Of a stretch of 41,725 bases of DNA, positions 28,075 to 36,153 are shown piece by piece. The DNA is from a virus. Its lineage: Duplodnaviria > Caudoviricetes. The notes below the pieces were generated by a model. That model saw only the letters and a program-made list of their open reading frames with translations. It searched no databases and was not told the DNA's origin. The stretch spans positions 1-41,725 of the IMG/VR virus record IMGVR_UViG_3300031965_000069. The stretch is one strand, 5' to 3'. Position 1 is the first letter of the stretch, and the number at the start of each line of letters is the position of its first letter. The position numbers and the translations under genes were made by a program.

Positions 28075-29380
28075 AGAGGTCTTGGAGACTTTCTTTTTTT
28101 TGAAGTACGTTTAGGATATCCTCATCGATGGTGCCGACACAGACAAGATCAATATAATTACAAGGCATCGTTGTAGTAGCTCTATGGATACGATTAATTG
28201 CTTGTTCACGCATCTCAAAACTGTAGTCGTTGGAATAAAATATAACGGTGTCACAGTTGGTGAATGATAATCCATGAGCCATTGATCTAACATGGCCTAT
28301 CAGGTATTGATATCGCCCTTTTTTAAAACCGCTGATCGAGTCGTCTCGGTCTTTAGTGCCTGAATATAAAGTCGCGTAATTTTTTATTTTATTCTGAATT
28401 TCCTCTATTTCTTTGTGAAATTGGCAGAATATCATTATCTGCTTATCGCCCAGTTCTTCTAAAACTTCCATTAATACGTTTAATTTTGCGTTATCCGCAA
28501 GCTCAGTGGCTTCTCCATTTTCATCTATAAGAAATCCGGAAGTCAGCTGGCGAAGTTTTAGATATTTCACTAAAGCCAGATGAACCGCTATAACTTTGTC
28601 TTTTATCTCGGCAATCATGTGACGCTTCATGTTTTTGTAAACTTTCATTTGCGCATGACTTAAATATACATCCCTAGTTGTAAAAATTTTAGGTGGAAGA
28701 TCCAAGCAATATTCTTTCTTGGCCCAAAATGAAACTTTGTTTATTTTGTTGAAAAAATCTTCTGACTTTGATTTTTTAATTTTGTACTTGAATCCTTTTT
28801 TAAACATGTCCGCCAATTGCAGTCCAGAGACATACGGAATAGTCTGATCGCCCCTAACAAGTTCAAAATATATGTTTCTAAAAGCATAAAATGATTCATT
28901 TAATTTAGATTTATCGACAAAGGTTATTTGAGGCCAAAATTCAAGCTCATTATTTGGTGCGGGTGTGGCACTCATTGCTATTTTGTATTTATAGTTGTGT
29001 GATTCCGCTAATAGCGTTTTAGTTATTTGGCTTTTAAAGTTTTTACATTTGCTCGATTCATCAATAACTATCATATCTGTTTTAATTTTATGCTTTGAAA
29101 ATGACTCATAGTTTATTAGATATATTTGTGCTTCGGTTTTTTTGCCTCTCAGATTGCAGTAGGTAAAGTTGGTGAACTTATTTATATCTTCAATCCACGC
29201 GGCATTTATTAATGATAAAGGACATACTACAAGCATTGTTTTTGCGCCAAGTAATTCAAACGCTTTAAGTGCTGTAAGTGTTTTACCTAAACCGCAATCC
29301 ATCCAAAGGCAGGCATTGCCATTGTTGTTTAAAATAAAATTAACAGCGTTTTCTTGGTGTTTATATAATTTAAATGACAT
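28040..29380 (-). CDS. SNF2-like SF2 helicase
   Basis: LYKHQ, MDCGLGKT, LVVCP, IVIDES, MSATP, HGLSF, QAINRIHR. Confidence 0.9.
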   Translation of the reverse strand: MSFKLYKHQENAVNFILNNNGNACLWMDCGLGKTLTALKAFELLGAKTMLVVCPLSLINAAWIEDINKFTNFTYCNLRGKKTEAQIYLINYESFSKHKIKTDMIVIDESSKCKNFKSQITKTLLAESHNYKYKIAMSATPAPNNELEFWPQITFVDKSKLNESFYAFRNIYFELVRGDQTIPYVSGLQLADMFKKGFKYKIKKSKSEDFFNKINKVSFWAKKEYCLDLPPKIFTTRDVYLSHAQMKVYKNMKRHMIAEIKDKVIAVHLALVKYLKLRQLTSGFLIDENGEATELADNAKLNVLMEVLEELGDKQIMIFCQFHKEIEEIQNKIKNYATLYSGTKDRDDSISGFKKGRYQYLIGHVRSMAHGLSFTNCDTVIFYSNDYSFEMREQAINRIHRATTTMPCNYIDLVCVGTIDEDILNVLQKKESLQDLYERITNPSKNS

Positions 29381-29463
29381 TCAGCACTGCGTATTTACCA
29401 AATTTTGAAAGTGTTAGTTTAATCATCGTTTCTTCAATAATATTTTGGACACCGCTCCCTTTA

Positions 29464-29652
29464 TTACCGAGTATGTGTCCGACGGCTTTTTTTTGATGCT
29501 CGTATAATTGCGTCAAATGTTCTCCAATGTATCAGGTACATATCTCCGACATATTTAACTCCGAGCTTCTTTTCCCTGATTCTTTTGTAAATTGCTTCTT
29601 CGGTGAGTTTTAATTTTTCGGCAATTTCTTTGATTGTGTAGTAGTTTTTCAT
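29464..29652 (-). CDS. helix-turn-helix DNA-binding protein (excisionase-like HTH)
   Basis: YYTIKEIAEKLKLTEEAIYKRIREKKL. Confidence 0.85.
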   Translation of the reverse strand: MKNYYTIKEIAEKLKLTEEAIYKRIREKKLGVKYVGDMYLIHWRTFDAIIRASKKSRRTHTR

Positions 29653-29659
29653 TTTTTAA

Positions 29660-29750
29660 ATACTATCAAATAAGTTGGATTGAGTCAATTTATAAAGTTG
29701 GATTGAGTGTACTTTTAAAGTTGACTTGAGTGTACTTTTTTTGGTAGTAT
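29660..29750. promoter_or_regulatory. divergent promoter pair with three operator-like direct repeats
   Basis: minus TTGACT-N17-TAGTAT (29688-29660); plus TTGACT-N18-TAGTAT (29721-29750); AAGTTG(GA/AC)TTGAGT at 29672, 29695, 29718. Confidence 0.7.
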
Positions 29751-29898
29751 TTCTTTTGCAGACTTACATCAATTAGGCAAATCGCTAAAAAAAAACAACG
29801 ATGGATGGAGTTGGCAATAATATGAGGGGGAAATGGCCGATCATGTTTGTGTGGCGGAGGAAGATAGTGAGATTAACCAAGACGCTGGGGGAGATTAG

Positions 29899-29994
29899 AT
29901 GTATAAATTTTTCTATGGCCCAACATCATGGGGCGGTGTATTGGGGATGGGTTTTTGGCTGGTTGTGGTTGTGATTTATTTAATTGTTAAATAA
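29899..29994 (+). CDS. 31-aa membrane peptide MYKFFYGPTSWGGVLGMGFWLVVVVIYLIVK
   Basis: GGGGGAG RBS; single hydrophobic helix. Confidence 0.5.
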   Translation: MYKFFYGPTSWGGVLGMGFWLVVVVIYLIVK

Positions 29995-30015
29995 GCCTGA
30001 TAAAGGAGCAAAACC

Positions 30016-30402
30016 ATGAACAAAGAAGCGGCGTATGAAGTGATTAAGAATAGTCTTTGGTGTACTGGGGACAAGGCGGCTTTAAAGAAACTGGTAGATG
30101 CTCTCGCATCCGAACCAGAGCCAACGCCACCCAAACCCGATCCCGGCGTCGAAGTTGGAGCGTTTGTTACGTTTAAAAGTGTTGGATTAGAGGGCGTTGG
30201 CGAGGTTTGCTATGTCGATGAATATTCAAACATAAGAGTCGGCTTCCCTTCCAAAATTAAAAACATAGGAGTGGAATATAACCATTATTCGTCAGTGGAT
30301 GGGAGCGATTACGCCAAGTCCAGAGGATATAAATACGGCTGGTACGTCAACAAATGCAACTACACCGTCATATCACGTGGGCCGGGATGGGAGCCAAAAT
30401 GA
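30016..30402 (+). CDS. hypothetical protein
   Basis: AAGGAG RBS; Pro-rich linker then an SH3/KOW-like beta domain. Confidence 0.6.
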   Translation: MNKEAAYEVIKNSLWCTGDKAALKKLVDALASEPEPTPPKPDPGVEVGAFVTFKSVGLEGVGEVCYVDEYSNIRVGFPSKIKNIGVEYNHYSSVDGSDYAKSRGYKYGWYVNKCNYTVISRGPGWEPK

Positions 30403-30762
30403 AATGCCAAATGACATATTGCGGTCGAGAGTTCGATCCTAACGTAGAGCCGGGAGGGCTGTTTATCACACCGCCAGAGACGCCGGATAGTGAGGATGTG
30501 AAGAAGATTCATTTTTGCAAGCAGTGTGCCGATGAATTTGTATCCAATGAAATTATCCCGATTCCGAGAAGAAGAGAGAGGTTTAAAAAATGCACATGCT
30601 CCTAGATATACTCGCAGTGTTATTTATTATTTGGCTCACCGTCCCGCTGATGGAGTTAAAACTCGATGAAAAATCTTGGGCACTCCATTGGTTTGGGGTC
30701 ATTTGGTTTGGGGTCATTTTTACGATCTGGAGAATAGTTTATTAACAGAAAAGGAGATGAAG

Positions 30763-31428
30763 ATGAATCAGGTACCCTTTATAAGGTCAGGAGTTGGAGT
30801 AAACCCTAATGATGGTGGATGTATTATGCAAATTATCGATTGGATTAGCACAAGCGGGTGGACAGACCAACCGGAATGTGTTCATCCGGTCATCCGGGAA
30901 TTGGCTATCTATATAAATGACAAATCAAATGATCAAGAGCGGCAACGTCTCTTGGATTTGACATCCAGAATGATGGGGACGAATACAGGAGATCACCGAC
31001 TCGCGAGACAACTGCTCGGATATTTAGCAAAAGAAGTTTATCCGATCTATGCCAAATGGAAAGATGAGTCCGGCTATAACGACAATGGGGCTGTCTTGGC
31101 TTGTAATAATAGTGCGTTGGATGGCAAGGCCGCAAATTTCGCATTGGCCGCAGATGCCATAAGGGCCTCACGAGTCGCATTGGCCGTAGGTGCCGTAGGT
31201 GCCGCATTGACCGCAGATGCCGTAAAGGCCTCACGAGTCGCACAGTCCGCATTGACCGCAGATGCCGCAGATAGGAAATCAGCAAGACAGCTCGGCATCC
31301 CCACCCCTTACGATCTACTCGTAGGGGTCATTGACGAATACGACCGTCTCACCGGGAGAATCTCAAAGCCAGTAGTGGGAGTAGATTATTCTGCGGTGTG
31401 TGCGGTGATGGGTCAAAAACCGCAGTAA
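30763..31428 (+). CDS. phage hypothetical protein with GCIM...WTD.P.CV.PVI domain and Ala-rich repeats
   Basis: AAGGAG 6 nt before ATG 30763; internal direct repeats at ~31141-31272. Confidence 0.65.
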   Translation: MNQVPFIRSGVGVNPNDGGCIMQIIDWISTSGWTDQPECVHPVIRELAIYINDKSNDQERQRLLDLTSRMMGTNTGDHRLARQLLGYLAKEVYPIYAKWKDESGYNDNGAVLACNNSALDGKAANFALAADAIRASRVALAVGAVGAALTADAVKASRVAQSALTADAADRKSARQLGIPTPYDLLVGVIDEYDRLTGRISKPVVGVDYSAVCAVMGQKPQ

Positions 31429-31443
31429 AAACAGGAGGGCAGT

Positions 31444-32091
31444 ATGAATAAGGCAATACTAGCAGTCGCAATAATGTTAATGTCGGTATCGGTTTACGCC
31501 GGAGATACCATCAACAGTCCACTATCAAGCAATGTGGATAATAGCACGACAAATCAGGGTGGAGCAGGCGGTTTTGTTAGCGATGTAAGTGCTGATGGGG
31601 GGAGTGTATTTGGTAGCGGAAACAGTGCTAACTTCCTAGATCAGAACGCCAGCAACCAAGGCGTTAATGTGGATGCCTCGCAGGAAAACGATACACTCGT
31701 ACTCGCACCGCCGTCTATGTCTGTATCCGGTCAAAGAGGGCAGTCTGGAGCAGGAGTATCCACTCCGTTTGGTGGATTTAATTGGGTGGATGACGCGGAG
31801 CACACGCAGATGAGGGAGAGGTTTGAGGTTATTAAATCGGCTCATGAGTCTGGGTTGATTAGTGATTCAGAAGCGAATGTTATGGCACGTGAGACGTTCC
31901 TGCGTTTCATGGACGCAACCGAACCACGCAGATGGCTTGGAGTTGGGCCAGTAGCCAGAGGATTTAATCTGCTCGCGTGGAACTCACGCGACAGAGTAGC
32001 AGAACTGGAGAAAAAGTCTCCAGTCGCGGTTAAACCAAAAACACCAGCTAGATCTAGTAATCCAACAGTGAACTTTGTACCTAACAACTAG
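31444..32091 (+). CDS. secreted hypothetical protein
   Basis: signal peptide MNKAILAVAIMLMSVSVYA; Asn/Ser/Gly-rich region. Confidence 0.7.
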   Translation: MNKAILAVAIMLMSVSVYAGDTINSPLSSNVDNSTTNQGGAGGFVSDVSADGGSVFGSGNSANFLDQNASNQGVNVDASQENDTLVLAPPSMSVSGQRGQSGAGVSTPFGGFNWVDDAEHTQMRERFEVIKSAHESGLISDSEANVMARETFLRFMDATEPRRWLGVGPVARGFNLLAWNSRDRVAELEKKSPVAVKPKTPARSSNPTVNFVPNN

Positions 32092-32099
32092 GAGACACA

Positions 32100-32927
32100 A
32101 TGAAAACGCTAGTACTCACGAAAAGCCACTTCAAAAAATCAGACGACTATTGCTCCGATTACATCGGCAGTGAAGATGTCGCAAATTTCGATGGCCACAT
32201 CGAAGTTGAAGCGGATTTGGGTTGGGTACGTTTCGTCTGTATGAAGGTCAGTTGTAGCGGGTCTCTATATGTGAAGGCCGGTTCGGGCATCAAGGCCGGT
32301 TGGGGCATCGAGGCCGGTGAGGGCATCAAGGCCGGTTGGGGCATCGAGGCCGGTGAGGGCATCGAGGCCGGTTGGGGCATCAAGGCCGGTGAGGGCATCA
32401 AGGCCGGTTCGGGCATCAAGGCCGGTTGGGGCATCGAGGCCGGTGAGGGCATCGAGGCCGGTGAGGGCATCGAGGCCGGTTGGGGCATCAAGGCCGGTTG
32501 GGGCATCGAGGCCGGTTCGGGCATCAAGGCCGGTTCGGGCATCGAGGCCGGTTCGGGCATCAAGGCCGGTTGGGGCATCAAGGCCGGTTCGGGCATCGAG
32601 GCCGGTGAGGGCATCAAGGCCGGTTGGGGCATCGAGGCCGGTTGGGGCATCAAGGCCGGTTGGGGCATCAAGGCCGGTTCGGGCATCGAGGCCGGTGAGG
32701 GCATCGAGGCCGGTGAGGGCATCAAGGCCGGTTCGGGCATCAAGGCCGGTTGGGGCATCAAGGCCGGTTTATCAATCCGTTGCAAGGTACTCAAAGCTCA
32801 GCTACAGATATTCGCCGGTATTTGCATTTGGCGCAAAGACAACGCAGAGGACAGAAAAATAGTGTGCGAACGTCTTGACGCTGATCCCAAGCAAATCCGG
32901 TATGGTGATCTGGAAGTTGGCAAGTAG
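32100..32927 (+). CDS. hexapeptide-repeat (GI[K/E]AG[W/E/S]) protein, probable beta-solenoid
   Basis: GGAG RBS; unique N- and C-termini flank the repeat tract. Confidence 0.8.
   Translation: MKTLVLTKSHFKKSDDYCSDYIGSEDVANFDGHIEVEADLGWVRFVCMKVSCSGSLYVKAGSGIKAGWGIEAGEGIKAGWGIEAGEGIEAGWGIKAGEGIKAGSGIKAGWGIEAGEGIEAGEGIEAGWGIKAGWGIEAGSGIKAGSGIEAGSGIKAGWGIKAGSGIEAGEGIKAGWGIEAGWGIKAGWGIKAGSGIEAGEGIEAGEGIKAGSGIKAGWGIKAGLSIRCKVLKAQLQIFAGICIWRKDNAEDRKIVCERLDADPKQIRYGDLEVGK
32286..32771 (+). repeat. 27 x 18-bp coding tandem repeat GGCATC[A/G]AGGCCGGT[TGG/GAG/TCG]
   Basis: counted directly from the sequence (last unit ends TTA). Confidence 0.95.
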
Positions 32928-32950
32928 AAAAATACAACAAGGAGGAACAC

Positions 32951-33529
32951 ATGAAAAAGTTAATACTAGCATTAGCATTACTCGCACTATCAGTACCGGG
33001 ATTTGCGGCAACATCACACGTTGTTAGTGTGAGCGTGGACGCACCAGAGGTATTTGAACTTAAACTTGATCTCCAGAATAACGATGGGGATGGGAACTTC
33101 ACAGGCCCGGCAACCGATGTGTCGATCGGTCTTGTGCAAAATGGCAGTAACGCACAGTTCGGCGACAACGTGGTCTATGCGTTTCTTACAGCGCTTAATA
33201 ACACGGGTGATGGGTATACCATATCCAGTAACATGGTCGATTTATCCAACGGCACAACCAATTTACCTGACTCAATGTTGCTCCAGGTAAATCAGGCGAC
33301 AGATGGCAATGGGAATGATATCTCAGGTGATGCTCCGGCAGTCGGGGGGCTTAACGCAGTGGGAACACGTGAGCTATACGTCTCAAATGTCGACGGCCAA
33401 ACAGCGGTTATTGAGACCTTGCTTGCGATTACACCTAACTCCACGTTTACTGGCTGGCAGGGAGTGCCACCCGATCAGGAGATGGGTACGTATACGTCTC
33501 AAATTACGTTCACTATGACAATCGCGTAG
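32951..33529 (+). CDS. secreted beta-sandwich protein, fimbrial-subunit/WxL-like
   Basis: signal peptide; N-terminal alternating strand VVSVSVDAP; C-terminal GTYTSQITFTMT. Confidence 0.55.
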   Translation: MKKLILALALLALSVPGFAATSHVVSVSVDAPEVFELKLDLQNNDGDGNFTGPATDVSIGLVQNGSNAQFGDNVVYAFLTALNNTGDGYTISSNMVDLSNGTTNLPDSMLLQVNQATDGNGNDISGDAPAVGGLNAVGTRELYVSNVDGQTAVIETLLAITPNSTFTGWQGVPPDQEMGTYTSQITFTMTIA

Positions 33530-33546
33530 AATCGCGTAGAATAAAT

Positions 33547-33634
33547 TGAAACCGTCCCTTTTGAGAGGCGCTCAGATGGCTCAAACATCCCTTGGTTGGG
33601 TCGCTTACGGTGGTGTAAATCCACGGCGGTTTCA
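33547..33634 (+). ncRNA. tRNA-like structured intergenic RNA
   Basis: TGAAACCGTC/GGCGGTTTCA closing stem stacked on a GTGG-TGTAAAT-CCAC T-arm-like hairpin; internal hairpins. Confidence 0.4.
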
Positions 33635-33672
33635 CTACAAATTCAAAAAAGAAGTCGAGAGAGTATAAAATA

Positions 33673-35343
33673 ATGAAAAGAATCGACAAATTAACAGAAA
33701 AACAGAAGGCTATGCTACCTGTATGGGCTGATAAGTGGATCAAGATAGGCTTAAAAACGGGTGAGACTGATTGGGCAACATTCGATAAGTATATGCCTAT
33801 TTGTTACCTTAAGGCCGGGATTCAATACCCAAAAAGAGTCATAAGGGTCAAGTCTCCAATGGTCGGAGCGTTTGCCGCAGCTATTGCCGGAGCCATTTTG
33901 AAACAAAAGCGCGGTAATAATGGCGCAGTCCGTGGCGCAGTCAGTGACGCAGTCCGTGGCGCAGTCGGTGGCGCAGTCGGTGGCGCAGTCAGTGGCGCAG
34001 TCAGTGGCGCAGTCGATGGCGCAGTCGGTGGCGCAGTCCGTGGCGCAGTCAGTGACGCAGTCAGTGACGCAGTCCGTGGCGCAGTCAGTGACGCAGTCGG
34101 TGGCGCAGTCTATGACGCAGTCGGTGGCGCAGTCGATGGCGCAGTCGATGACGCAGTCGGTGGCGCAGTCGGTGGCGCAGTCGGTGAAGCAGTCGATGGC
34201 GCAGTCCGTGGCGCAGTCGGTGAAGCAGTCGGTGAAGCAGTCGATGGCGCAGTCGGTGGCGCAGTCGATGGCGCAGTCGATGGCGCAGTCCGTGGCGCAG
34301 TCAGTGACGCAGTCAGTGACGCAGTCTATGGCGCAGTTGATTACGCAGTCCGTGGCGCAGTCGGTGACGCAGTCCGTGGCGCAGTCGATGACGCAGTCAG
34401 TGGCGCAGTCGATGGCGCAGTCGGTGACGCAGTCGATGGCGCAGTCGATGACGCAGTCAGTGACGCAGTCGGTGGCGCAGTCGGTGGCGCAGTTGATTAC
34501 GCAGTCCGTGGCGCAGTCGGTGACGCAGTCCGTGGCGCAGTTGATTACGCAGTTGATTACGCAGTCCGTGGCGCAGTCGATGGCGCAGTCGGTGGCGCAG
34601 TCGATGGCGCAGTCGGTGAAGCAGTCGGTGAAGCAGTCTATGGCGCAGTCGATGAATCCAAAAAAATAATTGCTAAACACAAACTTAAAATTGATTGGCA
34701 TTATTGGCTCGGAGGGCAATTCTGGGTTGGGTATGGTTACGGATGGCGCGGAATAGCGTATTGTGATTTTATGTTTAACGCGTGTGGACTTAAACTATCA
34801 GATGACATTATGGAACGGGCTGAGGCCAATCGCATGGTGGTAGAGTCCGTCAACTACATCTGGCCGAATAGTGATTTTGTTATGGTCTGCGCGAGGCCGA
34901 CAAATATCCACATAAACGACAGAGGACAGCTCCACAACGAGAATGGGCTTGCGATCCGGTATCCGGATGGTTGGGGCATCTACATGATTGATGGGATTAA
35001 CGTCCCCGAACATGTGGTTATGCAACCTGAGACGATTACGATTCAAGAAATTCAGAGTGAGAAAAATCAAGAAAAACAGAGAATCCTAGTCAGGCGGTTC
35101 GGGGTTGATCGGTACTTAGCTCAGATTGGGGCTACGTTAGTGGATGTGGACATGCGTGGTATCGATGGTGGTGGGGCGAGGGCATTGATGCGAGAGCCGA
35201 ATGGGAACTCGTGGCTCGTAGCAACAGATGGGTCGACCGAGCGTGTGTATCATATGGCAGTAGACCCAAAATCAAAGACGTGCCAGGAAGCTCATATGTC
35301 TCTAAGCGGTTTTGATGAGCGCAGAATTCGTTATGAAGGCTGA
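33673..35343 (+). CDS. DUF6745-like protein with a long AVxx tetrapeptide repeat
   Basis: IDKLT..Q......W..KW N-terminus; C.RP..IH....GQLH...G.AIRYPDGWG.Y...G..VP; I..E.N.E..R. Confidence 0.75.
   Translation: MKRIDKLTEKQKAMLPVWADKWIKIGLKTGETDWATFDKYMPICYLKAGIQYPKRVIRVKSPMVGAFAAAIAGAILKQKRGNNGAVRGAVSDAVRGAVGGAVGGAVSGAVSGAVDGAVGGAVRGAVSDAVSDAVRGAVSDAVGGAVYDAVGGAVDGAVDDAVGGAVGGAVGEAVDGAVRGAVGEAVGEAVDGAVGGAVDGAVDGAVRGAVSDAVSDAVYGAVDYAVRGAVGDAVRGAVDDAVSGAVDGAVGDAVDGAVDDAVSDAVGGAVGGAVDYAVRGAVGDAVRGAVDYAVDYAVRGAVDGAVGGAVDGAVGEAVGEAVYGAVDESKKIIAKHKLKIDWHYWLGGQFWVGYGYGWRGIAYCDFMFNACGLKLSDDIMERAEANRMVVESVNYIWPNSDFVMVCARPTNIHINDRGQLHNENGLAIRYPDGWGIYMIDGINVPEHVVMQPETITIQEIQSEKNQEKQRILVRRFGVDRYLAQIGATLVDVDMRGIDGGGARALMREPNGNSWLVATDGSTERVYHMAVDPKSKTCQEAHMSLSGFDERRIRYEG
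33925..34656 (+). repeat. 61 x 12-bp coding tandem repeat GCAGT[C/T]-NNT-NNN (AV[R/S/G/D/Y][G/D/E/Y])
   Basis: 732 bp at an uninterrupted 12-bp period. Confidence 0.93.
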
Positions 35344-35362
35344 AAATATGAAAGGAGAATGT

Positions 35363-35800
35363 ATGAACGCACAAGAAGTGATCAGTCAGATCCAGAAAGT
35401 CGCTAAAAAAAATCAGAATCGGGACGAGGCGCATAAGACCCGTGATGTCAAAGATCTCAAGGTAGGCGAGTGTTATCGGCAGGGTGATTTGTACGTATTC
35501 AGAGTTTCGGACAATCATCCGGTTGGGAACGAGTTGAAGCGTCACCAGTTGGCCGATGGGGTGTCTATTGGTCAGAGGCATTGCCTTGTTGGGGATTTCA
35601 AAATTTACGAGGGAAAAAAAGCCCCGGAAGGTATTGCATCTCTACAAGTCCGCGCCGGACTGGGATATGCGTTTGATGTAGTCACTCCAGGTGCTATCAA
35701 CACTCACCCGGAACACGATAATTTCCGACTCATGGAGTGCGGACGTTATCAGGTTATGCACCAAGTCGACTTAAGAACTCTGAGGCGCGTGGCTGACTGA
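35363..35800 (+). CDS. small partner protein of DUF6745 genes (RQGD...HPEH...G.Y.V..Q...RRVAD)
   Basis: AAGGAG RBS; His-containing motifs. Confidence 0.7.
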   Translation: MNAQEVISQIQKVAKKNQNRDEAHKTRDVKDLKVGECYRQGDLYVFRVSDNHPVGNELKRHQLADGVSIGQRHCLVGDFKIYEGKKAPEGIASLQVRAGLGYAFDVVTPGAINTHPEHDNFRLMECGRYQVMHQVDLRTLRRVAD

Positions 35801-35841
35801 GAAAAAATTGGGTTTTATAGGGAACCGGAGACAAAAAGGAG

Positions 35842-36045
35842 ATGAGAACAATGACGGAACCCGACTATTGTTCAAGAAAAATATTTTGCTATATTTGTCA
35901 CATAGATTGCATCTGTGAGGCCACGACACACCTTAATCTTTACCTTATGGGAAGTGAGGGAATTAGAGTTTGTTTTACTTGCCGAAAGACATTGACAGAG
36001 ATTGTTCGTGCGATAAAAAAAGGAATTGAAAGGGTAAAGTCATGA
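35842..36045 (+). CDS. small Cys-rich protein
   Basis: CYIC...CFTC; AAGGAG RBS. Confidence 0.5.
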   Translation: MRTMTEPDYCSRKIFCYICHIDCICEATTHLNLYLMGSEGIRVCFTCRKTLTEIVRAIKKGIERVKS

Positions 36046-36153
36046 CCACACCGATGGAATTGCTGAGGGGATTGAGTGTGTGCGGTGCGACATGATGAAG
36101 GTTGAGGACGTTTTTGCCCTCACATATGAACAGATTATGAAGGAGCAGAAGAA

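Noticed and set aside
29464-29652. Excisionase implying a temperate integration module
   Set aside because: No integrase or att-like duplication in the window; this HTH family also acts as a transcription regulator
30688-30717. 15-bp tandem duplication TTGGTTTGGGGTCAT, and a 10-bp duplication near 33520-33540
   Set aside because: Only two copies each with no associated feature; consistent with local slippage
32286-34656. Regular repeat arrays as CRISPR arrays
   Set aside because: Units are 18 and 12 bp, contiguous, without unique spacers, lie in frame inside genes, and no cas genes are present
32159-34719. Long alternative-frame and antisense ORFs (MPQPAL, ASRPV, DCATDC, AQSV repeats)
   Set aside because: Stop-free repeat units keep several frames open; only the frames with an RBS and unique flanking domains are credible
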